Positions 62,215 through 62,857 of a stretch of 62,857 nucleotides of DNA are shown in pieces. The notes beneath the pieces were generated by a model. The model ran no database searches. It had not been told where the DNA came from and saw nothing but the letters and a program-made list of their open reading frames with translations. Made by a program: the position numbers and the translations under genes. Source of the stretch: Bacteroidales bacterium (GTDB lineage Bacteria > Bacteroidota > Bacteroidia > Bacteroidales > CAIWKO01); NCBI GenBank assembly GCA_035389045.1, contig DAOORA010000021.1, positions 1-62,857 of the forward strand, in the 5' to 3' direction. How positions within the stretch are numbered: the stretch's first letter is position 1; each line of letters starts with the position of its first letter.

Positions 62215-62857
62215 ATTTCTATCCCAATATTTTTAAGTTGAGTAAAAAGCTCGTCAATGGAAGCGTTTATTTGCTGTTGTCCAGCTTTTACATCGGCAAT
62301 CAGGTCTTCGGTGTTGTGTTCAATGGTATTGGAAGCTTGCTTTACGTAGAGTTGTATGCTTAAGTTGCCGTTGTTGTCTAATACTTCTTTGTGGTTTATT
62401 ACTTTTGCAAAACCTTCGGCATCTTTGAAATTCCAAAAAGCATCACTTATCTTTTTTATGTGCTGAGGTTCCAGCCATGCATTAGTGCGGTCAATCCGCA
62501 ATTCATCTTTAGCATCAATAAAAAGTATTTTGCCTTTTCTTTCTTTTGGCTTTTTCATGTTGCACACAAGCAAACAGCTTTCCATGCTGCTGTTGTAAAA
62601 AAGATTCTTTCCTAAACCAATCACAGCATCCACATAATCCTGTTCTATCATTTTTTTTCGTATCTCACTTTCGGCATCTCTAAAAAGAACACCATGCGGC
62701 CAAAGAACAACACAACGCCCGGTATCGGGTTTAAGGCTTTTCATTATATGCTGCTGGAAGGCATAATCAGCACATCCTTGCGGCGGCGTACCCCAGATAT
62801 TACGGCCAAAAGGATCGTTCATCCATTTATTCCTGTTCCAACGCTTAACGCTGTATG
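62211..62857 (-). CDS. hsdM: Type I R-M methyltransferase subunit (5' part outside window)
   Basis: PP...ADYAF.QH, PHGVLFR, DAVIGL..NLFY, ILFIDA, NLSI..YV. Confidence 0.95.
   Translation of the reverse strand, partial: YSVKRWNRNKWMNDPFGRNIWGTPPQGCADYAFQQHIMKSLKPDTGRCVVLWPHGVLFRDAESEIRKKMIEQDYVDAVIGLGKNLFYNSSMESCLLVCNMKKPKERKGKILFIDAKDELRIDRTNAWLEPQHIKKISDAFWNFKDAEGFAKVINHKEVLDNNGNLSIQLYVKQASNTIEHNTEDLIADVKAGQQQINASIDELFTQLKNIGIEI

Overview
Genomic window from a Bacteroidota bacterium, probably a draft assembly since there is a 100-N gap at 8903-9002. The assignment rests on many TAnnTTTG -7 promoter elements and several proteins with T9SS type A or type B C-terminal sorting domains. Ordinary content includes acp/fabH, aroQ, a TPP riboswitch-controlled TonB receptor, transporters (AspT/YidE, ABC, CDF, two MATE), a Fur/PerR-YbaN-peroxiredoxin cluster carrying a katG stump, large secreted repeat proteins, and tRNA-Gly(CCC) and tRNA-Ser(CGA). 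Beside tRNA-Ser is a defence island with type I R-M, an SRA-HNH nuclease and an AAA ATPase/PD-(D/E)xK-like pair. Two loci stand out. (1) 49475-52819: an NB-ARC/TPR NLR-like protein whose N-terminal 18-residue motif recurs twice, in register and with complementary charges, at the C-terminus of the adjacent 94-aa single-TM protein, followed by a caspase-like His/Cys protein. This looks like a HET-s/BASS-style amyloid signalling module with an unusual minimal effector. (2) 21035-27231: a tight operon joining a giant Lys-rich/29-aa-repeat/HExxH protein, a C25-like cysteine peptidase, an ACP, a ketosynthase and a chain-length-factor-like protein. Four copies of a ~160-bp MITE-like palindromic element inserted at TTA/TAA are also present. 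All family calls come from motif recognition by eye, not database searches.
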